Positions 35,956-49,542 are shown, counted from the stretch's first letter. The stretch: DNA of 64,000 nucleotides from Microthyrium microscopicum (GCA_010405405.1 MU004239.1:1116001-1180000), one strand, 5' to 3'. The notes: generated by a model not told the origin, from the letters alone. A program made the numbers and translations.

Positions 35956-36497
35956 GATGACTGGGAATGAGATCTTGATTGTTATATGATGAGCTTTTGA
36001 AGTGATGGAGAATGGTGATTGTTTGGTTTGCATTGTAAGCGATAACTATAGACTCATGCGGGAGAATAAAGGACCAGCGTAGCAGTGACATATAAGAACG
36101 GAAAGTGGTAAAAGAGGAGTATTTCGATCACATACGCTACTATGACTTTGTCATTGATGATGATGTATCTGCTCCTGGCTCCATAGTTTGAAAGAAAGAC
36201 AAATAGGTCTTACAGTCAAGGAGTACCAGAACAATGACCTATTGAAAGAAACAGACGACTTTTACGTATTTATATTCAACATACCACAGGTAGTAAGTAT
36301 CAGAAGCAGAGATACAAGTGAGAAGGAGAAGGTTGACGCTATCTTGCACTCACTTCCTATCGTCAGTATTTGGGGTATAAAAGGCTTTGCCCATCGCAGA
36401 AAATGCTCTTCATTACAAGCACAATCCCATACCTAAACCATAACACTAAAAGAAAACCTGATACGCCAAGAGTACGATCAAGAACAAAAACAACAAC

Positions 36498-37499
36498 ATG
36501 TACGGCAGCTCTCGCATGTTCCCCGGCGCTCAGCGCTCCACTGGACCCGGAAACCAGTCTCTTGCTCAACTAATCACGGCAATCCACATTCGCATCAGCC
36601 AGATCGAAACGGATTCAGAATACCTCGACTACTACCATGAAGCAAAGCAGGACTGCCACTTTGGCGGACCTAGCCCCATTGTGATCCAAGAATTACTATC
36701 AGCTGAGCGCCGACTCATCCAAGCAGACCCAGAGCTCACAGCCATGTTGGCGGATGCCAAAACGCGCTTGACGCAGATCATCAGTTCTGGAGACACCAAG
36801 AAGATCAAGCGTGCGAAGAAGCACATGGTCTTGTTCTTTTCTGCGTTTCGCGGCCAGCCGGAGTACGGCTTTGTGGTAGATGTGCCGGAGGTTGAGGGTG
36901 CTATTCTGTATGCTGGGTTGTTGGGTATTTCGCGTGGTGAGTTTATGGATATGATGGATGGTCAGAACGAGCTCTTGGAGTTTGACGATAGTGATGATGA
37001 GGTTGCTGGAACAGCGAGTGCCGCTGGTGGACGTGGTGCTCCTTTTGGAGATGCTGGTCGTGGTGCTGGTATGCCTCCACAAGGTATGTTTGGTGCCAGC
37101 GCTGCTCATGGTGCTGGTATACCTCCAGAAGGTATGTTCGGTGCTGGTGCTGGTGCTGGTGCTGGTATGCCTCCGCAGGGTATGTTCGGTGCTGGTGCTG
37201 CTCCTGGTGCTAGTGTGCCTTCACAAGGTATGTTCAGTACTGGCGCTGGTGCTGCTGGTGCTGGTGTGCCTCCACAAAGCATGTTCGGTGCCAGCCCTGC
37301 TCCTGGTGCTGGCATGGCACAGTCTGGCCCAGGTATCCCATCCGCTGGGCTCAATAGCTCTCGAGCTCCAATGTTTGGAACAGGAGCAGGCCGTGGAGGA
37401 GCCGGAGGTCTTGGAGGTACTGGAGCCCGCGGAGCAGGCCGTGGAGCAGCTCGTGGAGGGCGTGGCAATTTTGGTGGTTTTGGAGGTTGCGATATGTAA
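36498..37499 (+). CDS. Hypothetical intronless protein with a helical N-domain and a Gly/Ala/Met/Pro repeat plus RGG tail
   Basis: 333-aa ORF preceded by TATAAAA at ~36377 and a good aacATG context; five GAG(M/I/V)PPQGMFGA-like repeats. Confidence 0.7.
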   Translation: MYGSSRMFPGAQRSTGPGNQSLAQLITAIHIRISQIETDSEYLDYYHEAKQDCHFGGPSPIVIQELLSAERRLIQADPELTAMLADAKTRLTQIISSGDTKKIKRAKKHMVLFFSAFRGQPEYGFVVDVPEVEGAILYAGLLGISRGEFMDMMDGQNELLEFDDSDDEVAGTASAAGGRGAPFGDAGRGAGMPPQGMFGASAAHGAGIPPEGMFGAGAGAGAGMPPQGMFGAGAAPGASVPSQGMFSTGAGAAGAGVPPQSMFGASPAPGAGMAQSGPGIPSAGLNSSRAPMFGTGAGRGGAGGLGGTGARGAGRGAARGGRGNFGGFGGCDM

Positions 37500-39161
37500 A
37501 TCAGCTTCCTATCGCTGGTGATTTCCTGCTGCTCCAGAGTTGGTATGCCAATGCAAACAATAAGCTGCCGTTCATGGCCTTAGCAGTAATAACAATGCCA
37601 TTTGAATGACACTAAACGGTTTCTGCCAAAATGCCATCAAGAAATCTACGTGATTTGTTAGCAGCATCATTGTTTGTCAACTCCTGTTTATCTTAATAAT
37701 TCGCTCTCCCGATCATCAAACCAGTCTACCCGGGACGTCTAATCAAGAAGAGATGCAGGTACGGCACTGAAGCAGGTGGAAATAGTGAATGGCAAAGGCA
37801 CGATGCAGTTTGAGCAAGTGGCGTCCACACCGCAAAGAGGGAAAAACGTGGGAAGAAGCATCGCGATGGCCAAAATAGGAAATAGCAGGGGTTGCTAGTG
37901 GAGTTGCGGATGCAAGTGGCCGGCATCCGATGTGACAAGCGGCAGGGGCGGTGAGGGTCATTTTGCGAATGCGTTGAAGAGAATATTCTGGAAGTGGGTT
38001 GATTTGGAAGTGTCAGTTGTTATTCAAGTAAATACCTTTTATGAGCTGAGTTCATAAAGAGGATAAAAAATGAGAAGTGTTGTTTTGGTGACATGTGATT
38101 GGATCTTGTACACGACTTTAACTGTTGTCTCCAATGAATTATGGTTTCTTGGATCGAATATTAGGCGGTACTGCAAAATTGCCTTGCTTCGAGAGACATG
38201 TTCAGGGACTATCGGACTCGGAAGAAAAGTCTATATTAGTGTACCTAACTATTTGCATATGTCTGGTGTGGTAGAATAGTTATGATGGCAACTATCTGTT
38301 AGAAGATGAGAGATGGCCAACTTCAGGTCAAGGAAATATACCCATACAGGGTAATGATTCGGATTTTGGTCGATATAATCTACAAGCCTTTATATTTCTT
38401 GAGAATGACTGTTCCCGTCGCGTCAAAGACTCAAAGTAAAGAGCAGACCGGAATCACGAATGTCCCAAAGTAGACAGATGCTTGAACCCTGTCAATTAAT
38501 AGACGGTGCCAGCCAGCAAGAAGCTCCCACGCATTTCTTGACGCACCACTGCATCTACTGATCTCCATCACTTCCACTCACTCCATACAATTACTTATGC
38601 CATTTACTTGATATCACTCCAGATCAACTGCCCATGATAGCCTTCTACAACTTCATTACCAACTACCACCCCATTTCATCTTCTGCCTCATACAAAATAA
38701 CCACTGGAAATATATCCTGATCGTCCAAGGCAGCGTGAGGCCGCTTGTAACCGTTTCTACCTTTTTGTATTAGTGGACAGTAGACTGCAGGCAAAGGCCA
38801 GATCCTGGTCCCAGCCTCACCTTCTGAGTCTAACTCTACTACCTCCAAAGCCTCCAAAGCCTCCAGCCAGCAAATAATCCCCTCCAACATCCAGCAAGAG
38901 CCGCATCTGCCTTGCACTTTCTCTCCTCCAACTACAACTCTACATCTTTCCATCATTACTGCCTAATCGTTGCCTTCTACTCCATCATCCTGCCCTCCTA
39001 CCTCATTTACCTATCTACAACATCTACACCTGCTTCAACCTATCCGACTCCTCTACTTCACCACCACAAATCCCACCACATCTTCATACCCCCACTGTAT
39101 CTTCCCCACCCACCAGGGCATATCCTTCCAGTATCATCAACATCTACTGAGAACCACAACC

Positions 39162-42100
39162 ATGGACGACGCCGAGCCTATGGATCTCGCCATGAGCTCC
39201 ATTCTCCCTCCTCAAAACCCCACGTACGTCAGCTCGCCCCAAACCCCGTCTACTCTCATCCAGTACGATATCTACCAGCTGCTATACTCAGAATCGAATG
39301 CTTCATATATCATAGTATGCGATGATCGGATGACTTTCTTACGCATTCTATTGGAAATGAAGCTTTCGACAGCGGAGAGTAGTAGCTGTTAGATGTCGTT
39401 CTGGATTGGAGCAAACCAGTTGCGCTATTCTGAAAGTTGGAGCTCCCAAAGCTGATCATTCCTTAGTACTACCACCGATCAACCTACACAGACTACCCCC
39501 CCTCCAGGTAACCAGCTTCTATATCACAATATTGCCTGTGAAAGGCTAGCTAACATCATTGTAGCATCGAATCAACATGACGACGATTGGGTGGACGATG
39601 ATGCTATGGACACCACGCCCGACGGATCTCCAGGTCCCGCTCCCCAAGAACACAGCACCTCCCCTTCATCCCCTCCAGCACAAGCCCCAGCAGAAATACA
39701 AACAAATGGCCAAGCCACACAGCCTGTAGCTTCGCAAGATGGATCAACACCAAGTTCTGGCGAAAATGCTGACGAGGGTGAAGATGCGACCTCAAGTGAA
39801 GACGAAGATTACGATGATGAATATGATGAAGAATGGCATGAGATTACCGAAGACATGTCCGTTCCTACTGAGCAGGAACTAAAAGAGCTCAAGGACGAGA
39901 TCAGTGCCAAAGATGATCCGCATTTCATGAAACTGCTCACTCAGAGCCTCGACGATCCCCAAGTTCAGCCGGGAGAGTTTGGCAAGATTGACTGGTTGAT
40001 AGACCGATACAATGGAACGCGGGAGAACCCCAACAAGGAGCTTTTAATGAGGTCTCCCGTGACACGAGTTGGAGGCTATGACTGGCAGCTCAAACTCTAC
40101 CCTAGGGGTAATGACACTGAATATCTTAGCGTCTACGTCGAGTGCGTCAGTGTCTCCAATAAAGAGAAAATGAAGGAGAAGGAGAAGGAAAAGGAAAAGA
40201 CCGGCGCCAAATCCAAGTCGAGACGAGGCTCCAAAAAAGAAACTCACCCAAAGACACAAATATCGATACCAGCTGTGACCAATCAGCACACTCCTCTACC
40301 TCTCCTGGATCCGAAACCCATCCCAAAACGACCCAGCATTGCAGCATCTGTGATTGTAGTAGTGTACAATCCAGACGAGCCTCGAGTACACCACCAACGA
40401 TCGTGCCTACATAGATTCTGCCCCAACTCATCAGATTGGGGCTGGACGAGATTTTATGGCCCCTACTATGAGATAGGGACTCGTCAGCGTGGACAGCGCA
40501 CTGCTCTCTTGAGAGGTGACAAGTTGGCGGTGACTGGATTCATTCAGTTGATAGAAGATGAAACCGATGGCAAATACGAACATCAAAGCAGAGAAAATCC
40601 ATGGGACTCGTTTTCAATGTGTGGTCTACAGAGCATGATCAGTGAGAGGTTGCCGCAGTCCACGGTACCGGCTCTATCTGCCTGGTTGTTGGCCAAACCT
40701 TTCCGAGAATTCCTTTACCGGACTCCGACGCCGGATCCAGACTATGACCATCATGGAAAACCAATGCCCATGGTTAGTGGTTTGAAACTACTTTTGGCCC
40801 AGCTACGAACCCCTGTGCCTATTGAGCCAGAGAGCAATTACCGTACTCCCGTGGATATGGATCCAATTCGTGTTGCACTTGAATGGTATGGGATCGAAGA
40901 AATTCTTCTCAAATGCGATGTAATCGAACTTTGGGAGGTAATACGAGCACAATTGAAGGAAGAACTCAAAGACACGCCGTTTGAAAAGGAGCTCGACTTG
41001 CTCTTTGGCACGGAGAGAAGTCGGACAACTGACAAGGCCCACTATTCTGTTCTCGTCAAGGACGCTGGTACGATGCAAAATGCAATTGATCAGTCCCCCG
41101 ATCTCATCCCGGAAGACTGCGAACCTCCTCGAATTTTGCACATTGAACTCAACCGTCAACACTTCAACGAAAAGACTCGCACCTGGCAAAAATTGTCTGA
41201 CAAAGTCACTCTCGATGATCATGTTGACGTCAATGGCCAAAGCTACACCCTTTATGGTTTCATTACCCACGATCGTGACCTCCAATCATGTCTCTTTTCC
41301 ACAATCGTTCGACCAAATGGTCCAGGCACTGGTTGGTATCAATACAATGACCGAAAGAACTTGTATGACACTAGAGAAGAGCGTCTAGTGCAGCGTCTTA
41401 CAAACAAGGAGGCCATTGAAGCTCACGAAGGCGGCAAACCAAAGAAAACTGACGATCCAGAACCCAACGTTGCTTACATTGCCATTTACTTCGCCGATTT
41501 CCTTGGTGAAGACGCTTTCAATTCGAGTGAACCGCACTGGTAAGATTTCATGATCCGAATCAGTTCATGATCTGTCATTGATCCTACGCTGACAATTTTT
41601 AGGGATCCCGCTTGGATATCGCACTACCTCCCAACCGCATATGATTCTGAGACTGGTAGTCCCATACTCACAGCCGCTAAGGAGGCAGAGCTTGATAAAA
41701 TCCAAGCACCAATAAAATTGGAGGTCCTAGCCATCCATTCTAAGGCATTCCTGCGATGGCAAGGGCCTGGCATAATAGACATCTATGACGACGGACCGAA
41801 CAACAAAGCGGACATGATCAAATTCATGGTTGATGAGACCGCAAGCGCCACTGATGTCCGTGACAAAATCGCCAAACACGTCCCAGATATCAAAGACGCA
41901 CGACAGGTCAAACTCTGGCCCTTTGATCCACGCGATGGTGTCCAATTCTCACCTGTTCTGGCTCGAGATGATACTTCCAGCAAACACCCCTTTGGAATCA
42001 TAAACCCTCTCACACGCGATCCATCCCAGAAGTCAAGTCAGCGATGGGTATGGTATACTCTTTTGGATGATTCGCAATTGGAAACTATGAAAAAAGAAGA

Positions 42101-43547
42101 GGAAGATAGGAAGAAGAAGATTGCTGAAGCCAAAGCGGCGGCGGAGGCTGCTGCTGTTGCGGCTGCTATGACACCACCTCCTACTGCAGCACCGGCGCAA
42201 CCGCCACAAACCAACGAAGATACTGTCATGTCGGATGGCGATGAGGCTCCGACTCATGTTATTGCTCATTTGATTCCTGCGCCTCCTCATAATGCGGGAG
42301 CTAGTAAGTTTCCCTCATATGACAAAGTCCTGACCAAGATATTGGCTACCATCACCTTTTATCGAGAGGAGACAATCAATTCTCTATTGCTTTCGCAAAG
42401 AGAGAAGGCGATGTTAGCCAATCATCGAAGTAGATAATCATAGCTGTCGTTATTTCCTGTGGTTGATAGAATAAAATGCTAACAACACCCAGGCAGCTCT
42501 TCTCGAACACCGAACAGCAGCGTTCCACCTCCGCCATCAACTTTTGGAATCGGAGGTCTAATTCCACCTGCTCCAAGCGGCTTTCCGGTTCATGTCTCTG
42601 GCTCACTAGACCTGACGCCTGTCTTGGGAAGTGGCATGCATCTCGACCTAGGATTGGACCGTGGCTGGAAAGATTTTATGCAAATCAACCCAGAAAACCC
42701 CGAAATCTACTTCTTCCTCAAAACTTGGGATCCATACGAGCAAAAGCTCACTGCTATAGGCAGTTTCTTCGCCAAACACAAGGATCGCGTCGATCACATC
42801 ATCTACAAGGCGCTGCGAGTCCACAAAGACCCTCCACTCTCCATATGGGTCGAAAAGGCCATTTGGTCCGCTGAGACCATCCGTAGACGCAAGACATTTG
42901 CAGACATGGGTTTGCGCACCGGCTGCATCATCATCGTCCAGCCCAAACCCTTTGCCGACGAAGACGAGGCGAGCCAAACTATCTTTGAAGCGGGCGGCTT
43001 CCCTGATCTCAAATCATATCTCCGCCGCTTCGCAAAAGACGCCGCCTTTCCCACGCGTCGCGATTCAGCTGCCACATATACACTCTCCTACCTTGGCACT
43101 GAACGCTACGTTGGCCCACTCCTACATCATGAGCCGCACGGCTATGGTTCGCGCCTATACTTCTCAGGCCATCAATATGAGGGTATGCTTCACCTCGGCA
43201 AACGCCATGGTCAAGGCCGCATGACCTTTTCGAACGGCGACGTCTATGACGGCTCTTGGGCGCGCGATGAGCATTCCGGCCAAGGAACATACACCGAAGC
43301 TGCGTCCAAGAACGTATACGAAGGAGGCTGGCTGAACGGTCGACGGCACGGCGAAGGCGTCACACGCTGGCAGCGCGCGGAAGAAGGCGATAAGATCTGC
43401 CGCGTCTGCTGGGAGGAGGTTGCTGATGCAGCGCTAAATGACTGCGGACACGTCGTTGCGTGCATAGCATGTGCGAGACGAGTGGACGTGTGTCCGGTCT
43501 GTCGACGTAAGGTGTTGAGTGCGTTGAAGTTGTGGTATGTCAACTAG
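39162..43547 (+). CDS. MATH + degenerate USP + MORN repeats + C3HC4 RING protein. Introns 39224-39466, ~39508-39564, 41540-41602, 42304-42492
   Basis: MATH motifs VGGYDWQLKLYPRGNDTEYLSVYVE and HRF....SDWGWTRF; USP-like P..LHIELNRQ.F and Y.LYG...H...WYQYND; MORN YEG....GKRHGQG; RING CRVCWE..A..DCGHVVAC..CA....CPVCR. Confidence 0.85.
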
Positions 43548-44371
43548 GATGGCGCGGGCTGACAGGTTGAACTGGGTGAGACTGAAGATATTGTTAGGTA
43601 GGAAACACGAAAGTAGATTGCGTACGGGTTTTGCTATGATCTTGGGAAATTCCTTTTAGTTTGGTGTTTTGAGCGTTGATGGGGGTATACCCTTGTTGAA
43701 AGTTGTTGTGTTTTCTTCCTACTGTTTGGTATTGGTAGATAGGATGAATTTATATATGATATTTTTCCATCAAATAAGATGGCTTCCACTAACCTCCTTC
43801 GGATCACTCACTGGCTGAGATCTTGCGATTTACTTTCTTACTAGTTGATTTCACACATGAAATGAGATAAGCCCACCTTTTGCTTAAGAGCGTTGATGGC
43901 AGTCATCAGAGTTGACAAGTGGATGAAGAAGGCGCGTTGATCAGATGAAGATGTACCTACATATATGAGGCTCTGCTTGAGGCGCCAAGGCGAGATTGTC
44001 ACCCTAGCGCCTTGCTTCCTTAGGCGCTAATACTCCAACTTCACGGCTAGACCTCATCCACTGAGACGACGGCCTCTCACTACCCGATTAGCAGACAACC
44101 TTCTTTCATCTTCACCAACACTTATTCCCAAACTTTGGCTCTCTGCCTTTTGTTCTTCTAGCAATCGCTCACTTGATCTGCTTCTTGTTTTCTACCTCGA
44201 CTCCCATCTCACTAATTCACCCTTGAACTTGTCCACTCCTCCTCACTTACCGGCCTACCCACTTTATCGCCCAAAGTCTCACCTGTCATGCGCTACATCC
44301 ACTTCTTGCCTGCTCAGCTTTATTCCCCCTCATAGTTTTCGGGGGTCAGAGAATACAGGCACCCGCTCACC

Positions 44372-46355
44372 ATGGCTACGCCTTCATCGCCCTCGTTAAC
44401 ATTGTTGCAGGATGAGATAAATCGACGGATCAGTAGACTTGTGAACACCGATTTACGCATACTCTGTCGCGAAGAAAAACTTACGGTCTCGGGCAAAAAA
44501 GCCGACCTCTTGGATCGCATTAGAGCCAAGGCCCAAACCTTAGTCTCCCAAGGCGATCTCAACGCTCTGAGTCTTTTAAGATTTAGATCAGAGCATCCTC
44601 AACACGCCGTGCGCAATATTGCCCCGCCTCCCATACCTTCCTATTCCAACTCCAATTCCCATTCAGACCGATACGCCCCTCATACTACCTTCAGTACTCC
44701 CACTCATACAACCACGATGGTCGGACCCCGCCAAAACATGACTTTCAAACCATCGGCGTTCTATACGCAACAGCGTGTATTAGGACAATTCGTTCTCGCA
44801 GTGTGCCAAAACCATAGGAACGTTATGACACACTCAATAACGCTGTCAACGTCAGACGCAAATCGAATGCTCAGCGATCAAACATGTCGAGTCTTACTGT
44901 ACGGTGCGCCTAAAAACAGCTCCCAACCAGCCGACATTGCTTTTCCACAGCAGCTAGAATTGAAGGTCAACGAGCACGAAATCAAAGCCAATACTCGTGG
45001 AATCAAGGGCAAGGCGGGCTCGACCAAGCCAGTTGATATCACGGCTTTTCTGAAGAAGCGGCCAGATGGCCAAGGATCGCTGAACAATAAGATTACAGTA
45101 ACCTATGCACTTACAGAGAAGGTAAACATCCATCACTGACCTATCGGCATTTTCCTATTTCATCAATTTCCCCTTTCTTTTGGCTGTCGTGTCTCATGAA
45201 CCACTTTAGGCTGTTCCGATCCCCGGCAGAAAGAGTTGCAAGTGCTCGAACAATAACGTCCAGCGTTCCTTCCTCTATATACCTACTCGGTCACTAACAT
45301 CATTTAGCCGTTTCAAATGATCGTATACCTGGTGGAAAAGGCCACCATTGACTCATTGAAAGCTCAGGTCCAACTGCGCGCAATATCAAAGGACCGTGTG
45401 CTGAAAGAAAGTAAGTTGTCATAAAACTGAATACCGGATCGCCGCTAATCTGGTGCAGTGCGCTCGAAAGCAGAAGACCCCGATCTTGTTGCGACGTCAT
45501 TCGTCATGTCACTAAAAGACCCTGTGTCGTTTCAACGCATCCAAATCCCATGTCGAGGGTCGCTTTGTCATCATACACGCTGCTTTGACTTGGGTACTTA
45601 TCTAGAGATGCAAGAACAGGCTCCGCAATGGGACTGTCCAATATGTTCCAAGCAGGCCGCCTTCTCGGACCTTGCAGTGGATCTGTAAGAATGTGAACTA
45701 CGTGCTAGGAGTATAAACTGACTTGTCCAGATATGTCAAGGAGATTCTCGATACTTCCAAATCGTCTGAATCTGTTACCATCGAACCTGATGGCAGATGG
45801 GCCGATGAAGTCGCTGGAAAGTCTAATCGAAATAGTTCCAATCAGGAGAAGGCCACCATGTACGATGACGATGATAGCGACGACGACCTCGTTGAAATAC
45901 CTGGCCCTCGATCGAACCTGGTGAAAGCGGAATCCCCGTATACCCCTCTGTCCCTGGACCGCACACCTGTTCCGGACCCAATACAGAGCAACAGGCCATC
46001 CAAACGCAAATCCGAGGTTATCGACCTGACCATTTCCGATGATGATGATGACGAGCCCATCGCCAAACGTCGTCAGTTCGCCAATCCTTCGGGTTCTCGC
46101 ATGTCCCTACCGTACCAGCAAGTTCCTTCCAGCATCCATCGCAATCCGCCATCCATATCTTCCTATGAGCCCCTATCTTTTTCCTTTACAAATTCTAACT
46201 TGCCGCGAACCACAGGACTCCCAAACCAGTCTAGCTTGAATCCCATGGCTCCGGACTTTCAGCGTCCCACGCTTGCCCAGAACTATCATCGGACATCTCC
46301 GTGGCAGCCGAACAATAATACTGGCAGTAACTCTTACCCTAATGGACGGTATTGA
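44372..46355 (+). CDS. SIZ1: PIAS/Siz SUMO E3 ligase. Introns 45122-45307, ~45410-45458, ~45685-45730
   Basis: SAP L..LCREEKLTVSGKKADL; PINIT IAFPQQLELKVN..NTRGIKGKAGSTKPVDIT; SP-RING SLKDPVS..RI.IPCR...C.H..CFD...W.CPIC; SIM VIDLTISDDDD. Confidence 0.93.
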
Positions 46356-46989
46356 TGGCAAGCGCATAACAAAGATTGATTGGCGTTCTCTCATCAACTT
46401 TGCTGGCTCCTACAAACGCTACTACATTAAAGTCCTATAACTATAATTGCATTCAACAGAGTTTGCCAGTCTTCACGCCGTTCGTGGCACTGAGCGCACT
46501 CCATACCAAAGCGTCTTCTGTGGGAGGCATCAAAGTCGATACCAGCGCAACTTCTATGAGAGCCATCAAAGTCGGCAGTGCACAGACCATATTCTAATAC
46601 CCCCTTCTTCTTTTGTTGTTATCCACTTTTATCTACTAGCATGGCGTTTCTACTCACGGTTTCTTCTATGGGAAAGCATCATTTGCATGGGAAAAAAATC
46701 CACATAGCCCTGGAGTTGGACGGTCTGCTGTTTTTCTCTCTTTCCTCAAAGCCCACGAGACAATGGCACATTGGCTCAACAGACTTTTGCACTCCCTCAT
46801 TTTCTTCTGTAAACAGATAAAAGAGGTTTGTGTGTGCGTCTGAAAAGTGCGTTGAACGAGCAAGACGGGTAATTGATGTTGGGAGAGTATATGTATTTTA
46901 GAGTGTCTGGAAGGACATACGAAGGCCTTAATGACAGATATATATTACTTCATTGGCATTCTTTTTTTGGTGTTGCTTACTACTTGTTA

Positions 46990-47614
46990 TTATAGGCAGC
47001 TTTGAGAACGGAGCGGTTGAAGGGTGGGGACGTTCAAAGTCGTAGGACAGTTCAGGATTCCACCATATCTTGCATTCAATCGATGAAAGAGCTTGCATAC
47101 GGAACTGAACTTGCAAACGATATCTGGGAGGTCCAGAAACGGAGTCAAGCAGAGACGCTCTGGGAAGTACACTTGTCTGGGATCTGAACTACCGAGGAGA
47201 TCGCTGCACAGCTTCATAAGGCTAATTCATGGATGAGGAAGCCGTTCCAAACACCTTTGTCGAAGACTATGCTGGCTCTAGTCATGAGCGCCAGTCTGCC
47301 TATGACTGGCAGGTCGAATCTCAAGATATCTATATCGAGTGGGAAGACATTTTGCAATTATGGCTGATACGGTGGCCGAACGCGGCCTTTATTGCATACT
47401 TCCTCCGACCGCAACTAAGGATGATGTGGTATTTGTCTTATCTGGCGCTACAGTGCCAATGGTTTTCGGGCAAGAGAGCCGTATAGAATGGGATCAACGA
47501 CTCTTGATCAGTCGTTGGTCGTACAGATTTATCGGAGAATGGTATGTTATTGAAAGCCCAGAAATATGTTTAGATGAGACTAATGAAGCTCTACTTATGT
47601 TCATGGCATCATGA
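46990..47614 (+). pseudogene. Remnant of a HET-domain protein C-terminus
   Basis: YCILPPTATKDDVVFVLSGATVPMVF...YRFIGEWYV resembles the HET C-terminal motif GL.P....GD.V.VL.G..VPFVLR...Y.LVGECYV. Upstream frames are broken and there is no HET N-domain. Confidence 0.6.
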
Positions 47615-48091
47615 AGGGGGCAGTTTATATCGGTAGCACGTACGGTGAAGAGAAGAACATTACAATCATTTGGCCGTGGTTCTAGTCGATATTGGTCGAG
47701 GCGAAATAGTTTCAACTTATTGTAGTAGCAAACGATCAGACGGAGGTATATCTGTAGTCTTCGTCGAGCACTACTGAACTATTGGCTCATCGATGCGACT
47801 TGTCAGCAATTGACTTGATAATCGAAATCTGGAGTGTTAACCTACCTTTACAATACATCTCAATCTTGATTTTATCTTCCATTTCGAAGTTGGGAAATGG
47901 ATTTAGCAAGATGAGGGCACTTTGGGCTTAGTGGCTGTCCCATTCACGTTTAATCTATTTTCGGGTACTATCGAAGGAATTGATTGACCTTGCTCTGATA
48001 GGACTAGCAGACAACTTCAGCTTATATTTCAGGTACATATTGGAATGACTCGGTCACCTCCATAGGTTTTTCAAGAACGAGAGAGAAGAGA

Positions 48092-49542
48092 ATGTTACTT
48101 CAGGCTAGTTTGTGTGTTGCGACGCTCGTTTTGCATACTCTTGCAGCGCCTTTGCAAGACGGACAGCAATGTACCAATCCACGGATAAGAAAAGAATGGT
48201 GACTATAGCTTTCAGTTCCATTTACAACATGTTTGCTGATTAAAACACTAGGCGATCTCTCACAGTGGATGAAAGAGTTAAATTCACTCAGGCTGTCAAC
48301 TGTTTAATGTCTTCACCTGCCAAGTACAAGAATTATTGGCCAGTGATAGAGAATCGCTATGATGACTTTGTCGCTCTTCACGTCAACCAGACTGAGCAGT
48401 GTAAGCTCTCTCCTCCCTCTTTACTAAACCATATACTCATTGTCTTAGCTTCTGTCGGCTGGACAAACCCCGATGGCACACCCGGAAGCTTCACGCCAGC
48501 CCACAGCCACCATGCACCCGGCTCGACAATGGAATCGGACGACGTCCACGGCTCAGGAAGCATCCTCCCCTGGCACCGCTACGCTATCACCGTCTATGAA
48601 GACGCACTCGTAAATGAATGCGGCTGGACAATGGGCGTTCCCTGTACACCACCCATCCCTCACACCCTTCTCATTTAACTATTCATACTAACTCTGCCGC
48701 AGACTGGAACTGGCATCTCGACACCACCCCCGCCGGCGGCTCCTGGCTACAATCGCCCATCTTCGACCCAATTTCTGGCTTCGGAGGCAACGGCGCCGTA
48801 GTTCCCAAACGCGGTGCCTCGCCCTACCCAGTGACAGGCACAGGCGGTGGTTGCGTCGCAACCGGGCCGTTTGCCAACCGCACCATCCGCGTCGGCCCAT
48901 TCGGGAAGATGGTCGCTAATAATACACGCTGTTTACGGCGGGATTTCAACCCAAAGGTGGCGGAGAATGATGCGACCAAGAAAGTGCTAAGCCGCATCCT
49001 CAGGTCGAAAAACTATGCCGAATTCTGTTTGAGACTGGGAAGTCTGCATGGGGTGGGACATAGTGGTATTGGTGGCGAGGTCAGTATTTTGCGAGGGGAG
49101 GTTTGTAAGTGAGTGAGTGCTAATAGCGTGGTAGATGGGCGATCCGTTTAATAGTCCGAATGAGCCGTTGTTCTTTTTGCATCATGCGAATCTGGACTAC
49201 TTGTGGGCGCTGTGGCAGGAGCAGGATCCGAAGAGGCTGAGTGATTTCAGTAAGCAAAGAGGAGAGGAGTATGGTGCTAATACGAGGTTGGAGATGGGTG
49301 TTTTGGCACCGGTTAAGTTGGTGAAAGGTAAGGTCTCTGTGCTTTTGCTCAAGAACGATTCTGGTGTGCTGAGATAGCATCTTGATACATGGAGTCCATT
49401 CTCGCATCTGCTGGTCCGCGGGATTTTCAGGAGATGTTGTACTGACAAGTATGCAGAAGTTATGGATACCCAGAATCGCGATCAAAAAGGATCGCTTTGT
49501 TTCAAATATGAGGGTTTGTCGGTTGAAAGTTATTCTTTCTAG
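48092..49542 (+). CDS. Secreted tyrosinase / type-3 dicopper protein, multi-exon
   Basis: Signal peptide; CTNPRIRKEW|RSL; NRYDDFVALH and VHGSGSILPWHR (CuA); PYWNW; FGGNG; LHGVGH and SPNEPLFFLHHANLD (CuB); LCFKY. Confidence 0.92.

Noticed and set aside
37485..37499. CaaX prenylation signal at GGCDM
   Set aside because: The Cys is third from the end, not fourth.
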